DNA from: an uncultured delta proteobacterium
GTDB taxonomy: Bacteria > Myxococcota_A > Polyangia > Polyangiales > Polyangiaceae
Direction: 5' to 3'
DNA: 64,000 bases
Assembly: GCA_963782055.1 (NCBI GenBank)
Contig: CAWAIF010000002.1
Location: 320,001 to 384,000 of the forward strand
Below, piece by piece: positions 44,046-53,888 of the stretch. Position 1 is the first letter of the stretch. Each line of letters begins with the position of its first letter. The translations under genes and the position numbers were made by a program. Below the pieces are notes generated by a model that had not been told where the DNA came from, ran no database searches, and saw only the letters and a list, made by a program, of their open reading frames with translations.

Positions 44046-44672
44046 GTGCGGACCTTCCTGCGGATCCTCAAGTGGGTGGTGGCGGTGCTCGCCGTCGTCG
44101 GGGGGATCGTCTACGCGCTCTTCGACCCGTGGCGGGTCCCGAGCGACGACCCGCAGTTCGGCGTCTCCATCGAGCCCACCGTGAGCTCCGGCGATCTGGT
44201 CCTGGTCTCCCGCTTCTCCGGCGCGAGCGAGGGCGCGCTGGTCCGCTGCCCCGACCCCGACGCCCCCGGCCGCTGGGTCGTCGGGCGCGTCATGGCGACG
44301 GGCGGCGACACCATCCACATCGCCGGCGGCTCCGTGCAGGTCAACGGCAAGTCCCCCGACTCGCCCTACGGGTGCGACGGCATCACCGTCACCAACCCCG
44401 CGACCGAGGAGCAGGTCGACCTTGCCTGCAGCACTGAGGAGGTCGGGGGAATCGCCCACCCCGCCGTTCGCGCCACCGCCTCGCAGGACCGGGAGGTGAC
44501 CGCGCAGGTGGAGGACGGCAAGGTCTACCTGGTCAGCGACGACCGCTCCCTGCACCTCGATTCGAGGGATTTTGGCGCCATTTCCCCGGCCGGATGCCAC
44601 CGCATCGCCTACCGTCTCGTCGGCGCCGCCGGGTGGGGGGATGCCAAGAGAAGGCTGACCTTCGTCTGGTGA
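44046..44672 (+). CDS. Signal peptidase I-like (S26) protein lacking the catalytic Lys
   Basis: N-terminal TM, SIEPT (box B), VVGRVMATGGD (box D, GR instead of KR), SDDR...DSRDFG (box E). Confidence 0.8.
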   Translation: MRTFLRILKWVVAVLAVVGGIVYALFDPWRVPSDDPQFGVSIEPTVSSGDLVLVSRFSGASEGALVRCPDPDAPGRWVVGRVMATGGDTIHIAGGSVQVNGKSPDSPYGCDGITVTNPATEEQVDLACSTEEVGGIAHPAVRATASQDREVTAQVEDGKVYLVSDDRSLHLDSRDFGAISPAGCHRIAYRLVGAAGWGDAKRRLTFVW

Positions 44673-44769
44673 GGCCCGTTCGCCGGGCTTTTTGGTAGTC
44701 TCCCCGCTCGAGACCACCTCTCTACCGAGGACCCGCCCAGCCGCGGGCCGACGCCCCGAAGGGCAATGG

Positions 44770-45882
44770 ATGGACATCGAGATTGGCATCGTCTGCGGAC
44801 GCTGCGACACCTACAGCCCGATTCGCACGCCGGTCTGCCCTGCGTGCGGCAACGACCTCGCGCTCTGGAGGGACCAGGCGTCGCTGCGTTCGCGTGCCGC
44901 GGTCACCCCGCCATCGGCCGAGAAGATGTTCGAGGAGAAGCTTCAACCCCGGCGCCACACCCCCGCCGGCGTCCCCCCGGTCCGCATGACGGACCACCCG
45001 GAGAACCCTTTTGCGTCCCGCGATGCCCCTCCGGTATCGTCGGCGGCCCCGAGCGCTGCCGCGCCGTCCGCCGGGGGCGCACTTTCACTGGAGGAGCTCA
45101 TGGATCAGGCCAAGAACTTCGTTTGCCGTTCGTGCTCGACACCCGTGCCGATGGGCCACAAGTTCTGCGGCCGCTGCGGCGCCGCCGTCCCGCCGGAGAT
45201 CCTGAACGCCCGCACGCAGTTCTTCGGCCAGCTCCAGGTCCCCGGCAAGGCCAAGCTGATCCTCATCCGCGGCGAGGGCGTCGAGGGACTGAGCTACCAG
45301 CTCAACGCCGAGCAGCACATCGTCGGGCGCAACGGCCAGCTCGTCTTCCCCGATGACCCCTTCGTCTCGCCGAAGCACGCCAACCTCTTCTACCGCAACG
45401 GCAAGCTGGTCGTGCGCGACGAGGGCTCCCTCAACGGCGTCTTCATCCGCGTGCGCGGCACCGTCGACATCGAGCCGGGCGATCACTTCCTGGCCGGCGA
45501 GCAGCTGTTCCGCGTCGACTCGCCGCCCACGGGCACCGACGGCCCCGGCCCCGATGGCACCTACTTCTACTCCTCCCCCAAGCACCAGTTCCTCTTCCGC
45601 GTGACGCAGATCCTCCAGGGCGGCGTCGAGGGCATGAGCGTGCTCGCGCGCGGGAACGCGCTGCAGATCGGCCGCGAGGGCGGCGACCTCAACTTCCCGA
45701 CCGATCTCTACATGAGCGCCTCGCACTGCAAGATCGAGGAGGCCGCCGGCAAGCTGGCGCTCACCGATCTGAACAGCCGCAACGGGACCTACCTGCGCAT
45801 CCGCGCCGAGCGCGAGCTCGCCCACGGCGACTACCTCTTCATCGGCCGCAAGCTGCTCCGCGTGGAGATCACCGCCGCCTGA
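44770..45882 (+). CDS. Double zinc-ribbon + two FHA domain protein
   Basis: CGRC..CPAC, CRSC..CGRC; FHA motifs GR...VSPKHA...SLNG and GR...MSASHC...SRNG. Confidence 0.9.
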   Translation: MDIEIGIVCGRCDTYSPIRTPVCPACGNDLALWRDQASLRSRAAVTPPSAEKMFEEKLQPRRHTPAGVPPVRMTDHPENPFASRDAPPVSSAAPSAAAPSAGGALSLEELMDQAKNFVCRSCSTPVPMGHKFCGRCGAAVPPEILNARTQFFGQLQVPGKAKLILIRGEGVEGLSYQLNAEQHIVGRNGQLVFPDDPFVSPKHANLFYRNGKLVVRDEGSLNGVFIRVRGTVDIEPGDHFLAGEQLFRVDSPPTGTDGPGPDGTYFYSSPKHQFLFRVTQILQGGVEGMSVLARGNALQIGREGGDLNFPTDLYMSASHCKIEEAAGKLALTDLNSRNGTYLRIRAERELAHGDYLFIGRKLLRVEITAA

Positions 45883-46492
45883 CCTTGCCCGGCCCCCCGC
45901 CGAGCGTCGCCCGCGCGATCGCCGCGAGCGTCTTGACGACGCCGGGCGGGATGCGGTCGAGCACCGCCTCCAGATCGAGCGACGCGCCCACGACGGGCAT
46001 CACCGCGTCGAACACCTCGCCGAAGCGCTCGTACTTGCGGCCGAGGGAGGTGACCTTGCGGCGCAGCGCGTCCGCCTTGTCCCCCTTCGCGTCCCCGAGC
46101 AGCGCCAGCGCGCGCCGCGTGAGCGCCTTCTTGTGGTCGATGACGACGCGCACCCGCGCGAGGTACGCGCCGATCACGACGTCGGGGTACTTGCCGCGCA
46201 GCGCGTAGACGTCGTGCCGCGCCCCCGCGCTGCGCTGCCGCTCCACGATCCCGGCGGCGTCGAGCGCGCGCAGGTTGACGAAGACGTTGCTCTTGGAGAC
46301 GCCCAGCTCCGCGCAGAGCGCGTCCATCGACTGCGGCGTGTCGGCCAGGTAGAGCGCCGCCACGACCTGCCCGCCGAGCCGGGTGATCCCCGGAAAGCTC
46401 GCCGACACCTCCGCGCCGACGCCCTCGAGCAGCGCCCGGCGCGCCTCGAGCACTCGCGGGTCCGCGTGCGTCCGGCCGGCCATCGTGGGCAT
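45869..46492 (-). CDS. GbsR/MarR-family transcriptional regulator
   Basis: GITRLGGQVVAALYL...SMDALCAELGVSKSNVFVNLRAL winged HTH. Confidence 0.82.
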   Translation of the reverse strand: MPTMAGRTHADPRVLEARRALLEGVGAEVSASFPGITRLGGQVVAALYLADTPQSMDALCAELGVSKSNVFVNLRALDAAGIVERQRSAGARHDVYALRGKYPDVVIGAYLARVRVVIDHKKALTRRALALLGDAKGDKADALRRKVTSLGRKYERFGEVFDAVMPVVGASLDLEAVLDRIPPGVVKTLAAIARATLGGGPGKVRRR

Positions 46493-46538
46493 CTAAGCCT
46501 GGGCGCGCTCCGTTGCCAACCGTTAGCCTGGAGGGCCC

Positions 46539-48650
46539 ATGCCCAATCGACTCGCCCGCGAGGCCTCGCCCTACCTGCAGCAGCACGCCGACAACCCGGT
46601 GGACTGGTACGCCTGGGGGCAGGAGGCGCTCTCGCGCGCGGTCCGCGAGGACCGGCCGATCCTGCTGAGCATCGGCTACTCGGCGTGCCACTGGTGCCAC
46701 GTCATGGAGCGCGAGAGCTTCGAGGACGAGGCCATCGCCGCGCTGATGAACGAGCACTACGTCTGCATCAAGGTGGACCGCGAGGAGCGGCCGGACCTCG
46801 ACCAGATCTACCAGCTCGTCGTGCAGATCATGGGGCGCAACGGCGGCTGGCCGCTGACCGTCTTCCTCACGCCCGACCAGAAGCCCTTCTTCGCCGGCAC
46901 CTACTTCCCGCCGGCCGACCGCTACGGCATGCCCGGCTTCCCCAAGGTGCTCGCCGCGGTGGCGGAGGCCTACCGCGAGCGCCACGGCGAGGTCGCCGAG
47001 CAGGCCGGCGAGATCGTGCGGGCCATCGAGACCGTCACGCGCCCGCAGACCGCCGGGGCGGAGATCGGCCCGGAGATGCTCGCCGCCGCCGCCGAGCGCC
47101 TGGGCGCGCGCTTCGACGACGAGCACGGCGGCTTCGGCAGCCGGCCGAAGTTCCCGAGCACGATGGCCCTCGACGTGCTGCTGCGGCGAGGCGCCCTGGA
47201 CGGCGACGCGCGCGCCCTCGCCCGCGTGCGCCACGCCCTCGACGCCATGCGCGCCGGCGGCATCCACGACCAGCTCGGCGGCGGGTTCCACCGCTACTCC
47301 ACCGACGAGCGATGGCTGGTCCCGCACTTCGAGAAGATGCTCTACGACAACGCGCTCCTGCTGCGCCTCTACGTCGACGGCTGGCGTGTCACTGGCGACG
47401 AGCGCTACGAGGACACCGCGCGCGGGATCGTCGCGTACCTCGCCAGGGAGATGACCCACCCCGACGGCGGCTTCTTCGCCACCCAGGACGCCGACAGCGA
47501 GGGCGAGGAGGGGCGCTTCTTCGTGTGGGACGAGGCGGACGTGCGTGGCGCGCTCCCCGGCGACGACGAGGCCGTGCGCGTGGCGCTCGCCCGCTGGGGC
47601 ATCACGAAGGAAGGTAACTTCGAGGACACCGGCAAGACGGTCCTGTCCGCGACGCGCTCGTGCGCCGAGATCGCCACCGACCTCGGCATCACGGAGAGCG
47701 CCGGGCGCGCCGCCGCCGAGCGCGCCCGCGTCGGGATGCTCGCCCACCAGGAGGAGCGCCCCCACCCCTTCCGCGACGAGAAGGTGATGGCGAGCTGGAA
47801 CGGCCTGACCATCAGCGCCCTCGCCGACGCCGCCGGCGCGCTCAACGAGCCCTCGTGGCGCGCGATGGCGGAGCGCGCGTTCGCCCACGTCTGGTCGCGC
47901 CTGGTCGAGGAGAAGGATGGCCAGGCCCGCGCCCGGCGTCACCTGAAGGACGAGACCGTGAAGGGCCCGGGCTTCCTCGACGACCAGGCGTTCCTCGCGT
48001 CGGCGGCGCTGGACCTCTACGAGCTCACCGCCGACGTCGCGTACGTGGCTCGCGCGCGCGCCCTGGCCGACGGCCTGCTTGCGCACTTCGCCGGGGACGA
48101 CGGCGCCCTCTTCTTTGCCGCCGACGACGCCGAGCGCCTCATCGCCCGCACCCAGGACGCCTTCGATCACGCGGTGCCCAGCGCCACCTCCGTCGCCGCC
48201 GCGGTGCTGCTGCGCCTCGGCACCCTGTGCGGAGCCGGCTACACCGAGCGCGGCGAGGCGGTGGCACGACGGCTCGCGGGACCCGCCGCGAGCAACCCCG
48301 CCGGCTTCGCGAGCGCCCTGCTCGTCATCGACCGCCTGGTGCGCGGCGCCAGCGAGGTCGTCCTGGTCGGCACACCCGACGACACGCGCCCACTCGCGCG
48401 CGAAGCCTTCCGGGCCTACCTGCCAGACCGATCGATTGGGCACGTGGATCCTGCGCGATCCAGTTCTCGCGAAGCGGTGCCGGAGATCGCCCAGGACAAG
48501 CCGGTGGATCGCGCACCCACCGCCTACCTGTGCCGTGGAAGGGTCTGCTCCGCCGCCCTCACGACGCCGCAGGCGCTCCGGGAGGCGCTCCAGGAGGGCG
48601 AGTCACCCTCCCGCAACACCCCCGATCCGGCCAAAAACGCCTGGAAATGA
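46539..48650 (+). CDS. YyaL/SSP411 thioredoxin-domain protein (DUF255)
   Basis: [46 protein letters not shown]. Confidence 0.95.
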   Translation: MPNRLAREASPYLQQHADNPVDWYAWGQEALSRAVREDRPILLSIGYSACHWCHVMERESFEDEAIAALMNEHYVCIKVDREERPDLDQIYQLVVQIMGRNGGWPLTVFLTPDQKPFFAGTYFPPADRYGMPGFPKVLAAVAEAYRERHGEVAEQAGEIVRAIETVTRPQTAGAEIGPEMLAAAAERLGARFDDEHGGFGSRPKFPSTMALDVLLRRGALDGDARALARVRHALDAMRAGGIHDQLGGGFHRYSTDERWLVPHFEKMLYDNALLLRLYVDGWRVTGDERYEDTARGIVAYLAREMTHPDGGFFATQDADSEGEEGRFFVWDEADVRGALPGDDEAVRVALARWGITKEGNFEDTGKTVLSATRSCAEIATDLGITESAGRAAAERARVGMLAHQEERPHPFRDEKVMASWNGLTISALADAAGALNEPSWRAMAERAFAHVWSRLVEEKDGQARARRHLKDETVKGPGFLDDQAFLASAALDLYELTADVAYVARARALADGLLAHFAGDDGALFFAADDAERLIARTQDAFDHAVPSATSVAAAVLLRLGTLCGAGYTERGEAVARRLAGPAASNPAGFASALLVIDRLVRGASEVVLVGTPDDTRPLAREAFRAYLPDRSIGHVDPARSSSREAVPEIAQDKPVDRAPTAYLCRGRVCSAALTTPQALREALQEGESPSRNTPDPAKNAWK

Positions 48651-48816
48651 GCCGTGTCCTACCTTCGGCTTCACCGTCGCCGGATCGAGATGGATCCAGA
48701 GTGGGCACTTCACGATCCACTCCGCAGGGCGATGCGGAGAGCGCCCTCCATTGTCGCACCCCCCGCTTTCTCGGCGTTTTTGCTCCTCACTCCCCACGAG
48801 CCTCTCCACGACGAGG

Positions 48817-48832
48817 TGGCACGGCTCATGGA
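48817..48832 (+). promoter_or_regulatory. Candidate sigma-54 promoter for the pilin cluster
   Basis: TGGCACG-GCTC-ATGGA versus consensus TGGCACG-N4-TTGCW; -24 box perfect, -12 box imperfect. Confidence 0.45.
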
Positions 48833-48859
48833 TAAGGGAAGGTCAATGGGAGGCCGTCG

Positions 48860-49033
48860 ATGAAAACCGGATTCCGTCTGTTTCGCACGAAGCGTGGTGC
48901 GGTGCAGGTTGAATACGCCTTTCTCCTACTTTGGGTGATGGTGCCCACAGCGACGGTTCTCCTGGCGGGCGGTAAGCACATGTACGACCAGTACAAGACC
49001 ATCCGCGCACAGATTCTGCTGTCAACGCCCTGA
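48860..49033 (+). CDS. Flp-like type IVb pilin (divergent), 57 aa
   Basis: Manual translation MKTGFRLFRTKRG/AVQVEYAFLLLWVMVPTATVLLAGG...; G/xxxxEY motif; GGGAGG RBS; not in the ORF track. Confidence 0.8.
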   Translation: MKTGFRLFRTKRGAVQVEYAFLLLWVMVPTATVLLAGGKHMYDQYKTIRAQILLSTP

Positions 49034-49084
49034 AGGCCGAGCAGCGAGAAACCACAACCCCCAAACAACCTGGAGGATACGGAC

Positions 49085-49252
49085 ATGAGCACGAAGAAGT
49101 TCTCGAAGCTGGTGAAGGACAAGCGCGGTGCAACGATGGTCGAGTACGCCATCCTGCTCTTCCTCATCCTCGTCGTCGCGGCCGTCGTCTACAAGAACGT
49201 CGGTACGAAGGTGAAGGACGCCGGTACGTCCGCCGCCAACGCGTTCAACTGA
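49085..49252 (+). CDS. flp: Flp family type IVb pilin, 55 aa
   Basis: Manual translation MSTKKFSKLVKDKRG/ATMVEYAILLFLILVVAAVVYKNVG...; GGAGG RBS; not in the ORF track. Confidence 0.92.
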   Translation: MSTKKFSKLVKDKRGATMVEYAILLFLILVVAAVVYKNVGTKVKDAGTSAANAFN

Positions 49253-49341
49253 TCCTCAGGTGCCCAGGCGCCGCGTCCTCGGTTGGGGGCGCGGCGCCGG
49301 CGTGAAACAGGGCGACCACCGATCGTGATACAAGTCGGCGT

Positions 49342-49875
49342 ATGACCTATTTTCTCGTTGCGGCTGCCCTCGTGGCAGCCGTCGCGGCCGTCACCGACTG
49401 GAAGACGGGAGAGATCCCGAACTGGCTCACGCTCGGCGCCCTGTTCCTCGCCCCGATCGCCTACGGCGCCGTCGCCGCGGTGCACCACGCACCCGACATC
49501 GGCATGCAGGTGGTCTGGTCTCTGCTGGGCGCCATCGTTTGCGCCATCGTCCCGGGGCTGCTCTACCGGCAGGACGCCATCGGCGGCGGCGACGTGAAGC
49601 TACTGATTGCGCTCGGCGCGATTCTCCAGGCCCGCCTGGGACTCGAAGCCGAGATGTACTCATTTTTCGCGGCGGGTTTGATCGCCCCGGCGCGACTTGC
49701 TTACGAAGGGAAGCTGTTCAGGACCATCAAGAACACGTTGCTCTTGGCCCTGAACCCGCTCCTCCCGAAAAAGAAACGTCGGACCGTCGAACCGACGCTT
49801 CTTACCTGGTTTCGATTCGGACCTGCGATATTCTTAGGAACGGCGTTGGTGGCCTACATCCACTGGAGGCAGTGA
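49342..49875 (+). CDS. Prepilin peptidase A24 (TadV/CpaA-like)
   Basis: TDWKTGEIPNWL, IGGGDVKL, FGPAI. Confidence 0.92.
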   Translation: MTYFLVAAALVAAVAAVTDWKTGEIPNWLTLGALFLAPIAYGAVAAVHHAPDIGMQVVWSLLGAIVCAIVPGLLYRQDAIGGGDVKLLIALGAILQARLGLEAEMYSFFAAGLIAPARLAYEGKLFRTIKNTLLLALNPLLPKKKRRTVEPTLLTWFRFGPAIFLGTALVAYIHWRQ

Positions 49876-49877
49876 GC

Positions 49878-50345
49878 ATGAACAAGCTGAGGAAGCCCGT
49901 GGCGCGAAGCACGAAGGGAGCGGTCCTCGCCGAGTTCATCATCGCCATCATCCCGATCTCCGCGATGTTCCTGTGCGTGTGCCAGATCGCGCGCCTGCAG
50001 ATCGCACGACTCGCCACGATGCACGCGGCTCAAGTGAGCGTGCGTGCGTGTGCGGTCATCGTCGATCCGGACCCCGGTCACGACCAGGGAGTCGACGGCA
50101 AGGACACCGACGTCGTCACCGCCGAGCGCCAGGTGCTCAAGCCGTTCGAGGGGAGCGAGTACGCCGCCGAGGACGCCACCTGCAAGCACTCCGGCGACGT
50201 GAACGGCGGGACGGATACGGTGACCATCAAGGCCACCTACACCTGCACGATCCCGCTCGCGCGGCACATCATCTGCCCGGGCGGGACCCGCAAACTCGAT
50301 GCCCAGGCGCAGTTCCCCCACCAAGGCGCGGAGTACGAGCTATGA
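49878..50345 (+). CDS. TadE-like pseudopilin
   Basis: KG/AVLAEFIIAIIP...HAAQVSVRAC. Confidence 0.82.
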   Translation: MNKLRKPVARSTKGAVLAEFIIAIIPISAMFLCVCQIARLQIARLATMHAAQVSVRACAVIVDPDPGHDQGVDGKDTDVVTAERQVLKPFEGSEYAAEDATCKHSGDVNGGTDTVTIKATYTCTIPLARHIICPGGTRKLDAQAQFPHQGAEYEL

Positions 50346-52018
50346 GCGCTGCCGTTGCACCGTCGGTCCTGTCCTTCCTCTTCGCCAAGGAGCGCGATCG
50401 AGCGAAGCGCACCGTGAACGACAACCGCGGCGCCATCATGGTGCTCGGCATCTTCATGGCGTGCGTGATGATCGGCTTCATGTGGATGCTGGTCGGCCTG
50501 GGCGACGCGATGATCTGGCGCGACCGCTCGCAGGAGGCAGCTGACGCGCTCGCCTACACGAGCGCCGCCGCCGACGCGAAGGCGATGAACTTCATCTCCT
50601 TCCTCAACCTCATCATGCTCCTCATCGCCGCCATCTATCTGGCGATGGCGCTCATCTACAACCTGCTCGACTTCACGCTCGTGCTCGTCGGTCGCACCGA
50701 CGACGGTCCCTGGCTGCGTCCGTCCTCCTGCGAGTACCGCGACGGCGTGAAGGACTTCGCGGCGATCGCCCTGGACGAGACGGGTATCGGCGAGGTGCTG
50801 CAGGCGATCGACTTCTGCGAGGTGGCCGATATCGCTCAGCCCCTGCACGACACGGTGGGCAAAGCACTGCGTGCCTACGAGAAGGACGTGATGTGGACCA
50901 TCCTCCCCTTGCTATCGAAGGCGGAGACCTTCGTCGCGATGGCCGGACCCTGGGTGGGCGCTGCGCTCGGGTCGATGGATGCCTACAAGTACACGGACTG
51001 GGGGAAGCATCGCTACGGCCTTCCCATCAGCTCCTCCATGGTTCCGGCGAGTGTCCTCCCCGCACCCGTCAAGAAGTGGTCCGCTGAGGATCGCAAGAAG
51101 CCGTACACCGGGCGCGACGGCCGTCAGGGCCTGCCGGTGGAGCCGAAGGAGATGGGCGAGCTTTGCAAGGTCGCCGCCGACGGCATCCTGGACACGACGC
51201 TGGGCTTCCTGAAGAAGATCCCCGGCATCGGCCTCATCGCCAAGCTCATGTTCGGCGGCATCGCCGACGCGATGGAGAAGGACTACTGCAAGAAGAACGC
51301 GAAGGGCATCTTCGGCAGCTTCGACGGCTGGGTGGCAGGCCTCGGTCATGCCCTCTCGGTGTGGGGCACCATCGCGGGCAAGGGGCCCAACCCGGACCAC
51401 GGCATCTATCACGTGGAGAAGAACGGGAAGTCCATCTGGGAGGACCCGGACGGCGTCGGCGGCCCGCACGAGGTCGTCGAGTACGCCGAGAACGGCAACG
51501 ACTGGATGCAGGTGTGGGGCGGCGTGCTCGGCGCCAACCGTCCGGAGCAGGCGCAGCGGAAGGTCGGCGCGGTCTACGCCCCGGCCCTCAACAGCCAGGC
51601 GCCCAGCGACACGACGGTGCAGGGCTTCCTCGCCAGCCTCACCACGAACTTCTCCTTCTACTTCGCGCAGTCGGAGTTTTATTACGACTGCGACAAGAAG
51701 TGGACGGACGAGGAGTGCAACAAGAACTCGCTCGCCAGCTACAACCTGAAGTGGCGCGCGCGCCTCCGCCGTGTCCACGGCATCTCCTGGGGCAAGGACA
51801 TGCTCGGGTGGTTCTGGAACACCAGCATGGGCGGCGACTTCGACAAGTGGGTCAAGGGCGGCGAGCAGGGTGACGTCAAGACCCTCTCCGAGAGCATCCA
51901 CGGGTTCGAGGGTGAGACGGCCGTCAACGGCGCCTACGACGCCGTCAAGGGCTTCGCCGGCCAGCAGGTCGGCGGCATGATCAACCCCGCCTCGGCGCTG
52001 CCGTCGGTCATCCACTGA
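50342..52018 (+). CDS. TadG-like minor pilin with large C-terminal domain
   Basis: NRG/AIMVLGIFMA...SQEAADALAYTSA; W-R-A-R-L-R motif near the C-terminus. Confidence 0.8.
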   Translation: MSAAVAPSVLSFLFAKERDRAKRTVNDNRGAIMVLGIFMACVMIGFMWMLVGLGDAMIWRDRSQEAADALAYTSAAADAKAMNFISFLNLIMLLIAAIYLAMALIYNLLDFTLVLVGRTDDGPWLRPSSCEYRDGVKDFAAIALDETGIGEVLQAIDFCEVADIAQPLHDTVGKALRAYEKDVMWTILPLLSKAETFVAMAGPWVGAALGSMDAYKYTDWGKHRYGLPISSSMVPASVLPAPVKKWSAEDRKKPYTGRDGRQGLPVEPKEMGELCKVAADGILDTTLGFLKKIPGIGLIAKLMFGGIADAMEKDYCKKNAKGIFGSFDGWVAGLGHALSVWGTIAGKGPNPDHGIYHVEKNGKSIWEDPDGVGGPHEVVEYAENGNDWMQVWGGVLGANRPEQAQRKVGAVYAPALNSQAPSDTTVQGFLASLTTNFSFYFAQSEFYYDCDKKWTDEECNKNSLASYNLKWRARLRRVHGISWGKDMLGWFWNTSMGGDFDKWVKGGEQGDVKTLSESIHGFEGETAVNGAYDAVKGFAGQQVGGMINPASALPSVIH

Positions 52019-52026
52019 GGCCCGCC

Positions 52027-52506
52027 ATGAACCCCAAGCACACCAGCAGCAAGTTTCTGGCAGCCCAGCGGAAGAAGGGAGGCGGCGTGGCCCTGGTCGA
52101 GGCCGGCATCCTCGCCCCCATCTTCGCGATGATGATGATGATGACCGTCTACCTCGGCGGCGTGTACCAGAAGAAGTACATCAGCACGATGAAGTCCCGC
52201 GACATGGCGTTCACCAAGGCCGCTGCCGGCTGCACGACCGGCGACTCCCAGCCCGGCTTCGGCGGGAGCGAGCCCAACGTGAGCGGCGGCGCCAACAACC
52301 CGTCCGGCAAGGCGATGGGCAGCGAGTCCGCGGCGACCTCCAACATGTTCTTCGCCACCGGCAAGGACACCGAGACGTGGGACTACGAGCCCACCTACAA
52401 GTTCAACGGCGGCGGCCCGAAGAGCGTGACTAGCTTGAGCTACGTCATGTGCAACGAGCCGCAGCGCGGGTACGCGTGGCCCATCAAGCTGGGGTGGAGC
52501 CCCTGA
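52027..52506 (+). CDS. TadE/F-like pseudopilin
   Basis: GG/VALVEAGILAPIF hydrophobic helix. Confidence 0.72.
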   Translation: MNPKHTSSKFLAAQRKKGGGVALVEAGILAPIFAMMMMMTVYLGGVYQKKYISTMKSRDMAFTKAAAGCTTGDSQPGFGGSEPNVSGGANNPSGKAMGSESAATSNMFFATGKDTETWDYEPTYKFNGGGPKSVTSLSYVMCNEPQRGYAWPIKLGWSP

Positions 52507-52530
52507 CACTGACAGGAGCGGAGACACACG

Positions 52531-53517
52531 ATGGTCATCTACCTATGGATCCTCAGCAAGCTGTCGAAGAAGACGCCCGGCGCAAGGCGCTTCTTCGGCA
52601 TGATGCGGGTGCTGGCCTACGTGACGGTGCTGTCGCTCGTGATGGGGGCGTTCACCATCCACAACGCGATGGCAGGCGCGAAGGACCAGAGCCTCCGGCT
52701 CGGCCGAGATCTGCAGGGTCTGTCTGACCTGCTCGCGGGCGGCAACGAGATCATGGTCAACAACCAGCCCATCTTCATCTCCGCCACCGAGACGACCGAC
52801 TCGGTGAGCACGGTGCTGGATCGCTTCGAGGCGCACTGCAACCACGACCCCGCGCTCTCCGAGATGCGCTGGAGCGACCTCGGCAACCTCAAGGGCACCG
52901 TCGCGAAGCCGAAGGACATCAATGGCGTCGGCGTGCTGCGCTCGGAGGACAAGCAGAAGGGCGACGGCGCCGTGGTCTGCTTCACCAACACAGGCGGCAG
53001 CCAGAAGGACCTGCTCAACGCCGTGGAGGCCTTCGGCCGCACCCGCGACCTCTCCTCCTTCGGCCAGCTCCGCTACGTGCACGTCAGCACCGACAAGGAC
53101 GGGGGCACGGTGGTGCGGGCGGTCTGGACGGAGGGCTCCTTCAACATCGGCAAGCTGATGCCGACGGCGGACGGCTCCGACTCCCCCGGCTCCGACTCCC
53201 CGGACGTCCCGCGCCCCGGCCACTCGGTGCGGCGCTTCACCGCCGAGGCGGTGGGCACGCCCTATCGCGCTCGGATCTACGAGACGAGCGAGTCGCCGGA
53301 GAAGCTGCTCGGCTGGTACGACACGGTGATGGCGCAGCGCGGGTGGCTGGTGGTCGACTCGCCGCTCCGCGACCAGAAGAAGGACCCCGCGAGCTGGTTC
53401 ACGCGCGGCGGCAAGATGACGATGGTCTCGCTGATGCGCGACGGCGACAAGACGCGCGTGGTGGTGGGCGACCTCGGCGCGCCGAGCGACCCGCCCAAGG
53501 CGAAGGTGCTTCCGTGA
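52531..53517 (+). CDS. Membrane-anchored hypothetical protein of the pilin cluster
   Basis: N-terminal TM, typical codon usage, co-oriented with the tad genes. Confidence 0.7.
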   Translation: MVIYLWILSKLSKKTPGARRFFGMMRVLAYVTVLSLVMGAFTIHNAMAGAKDQSLRLGRDLQGLSDLLAGGNEIMVNNQPIFISATETTDSVSTVLDRFEAHCNHDPALSEMRWSDLGNLKGTVAKPKDINGVGVLRSEDKQKGDGAVVCFTNTGGSQKDLLNAVEAFGRTRDLSSFGQLRYVHVSTDKDGGTVVRAVWTEGSFNIGKLMPTADGSDSPGSDSPDVPRPGHSVRRFTAEAVGTPYRARIYETSESPEKLLGWYDTVMAQRGWLVVDSPLRDQKKDPASWFTRGGKMTMVSLMRDGDKTRVVVGDLGAPSDPPKAKVLP

Positions 53518-53888
53518 CGGGAGCCCGCTGGGCGAGCGGCGCGGTGCTCGCGGCGGCGCTGCTGATGGCCGGTGGGGCTGCCTTCGGGCAGCAGGGTCCC
53601 ACGCCGATGCCCGGAGGTGGTGGGCACCACTCGGCTCCGCACCCGAAGGTGCCGAAGGGGCACTTCCCCATGACCCCGCCGACCTACTCGCACTACCTCG
53701 ACAAGTACATCGAGATGATCCGCACGCTCAGCGCGGGGCGCGGGCCGGAGATGAAGACGGCCATCGACAAGTGGGTCCTCGACGTGCGCGCGTGCGCTGG
53801 TCCGCTGCTCGCCCGCGGACGGCCGATCACCAAGCCGGAGGGGATGAAGTGCATCACGATTCCGGCGGACGTGCCGCAGAGCCACTGA
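53514..53888 (+). CDS. Secreted hypothetical protein
   Basis: GTGA overlap; signal peptide MTGARWASGAVLAAALLMAGGAAFG. Confidence 0.55.
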   Translation: MTGARWASGAVLAAALLMAGGAAFGQQGPTPMPGGGGHHSAPHPKVPKGHFPMTPPTYSHYLDKYIEMIRTLSAGRGPEMKTAIDKWVLDVRACAGPLLARGRPITKPEGMKCITIPADVPQSH

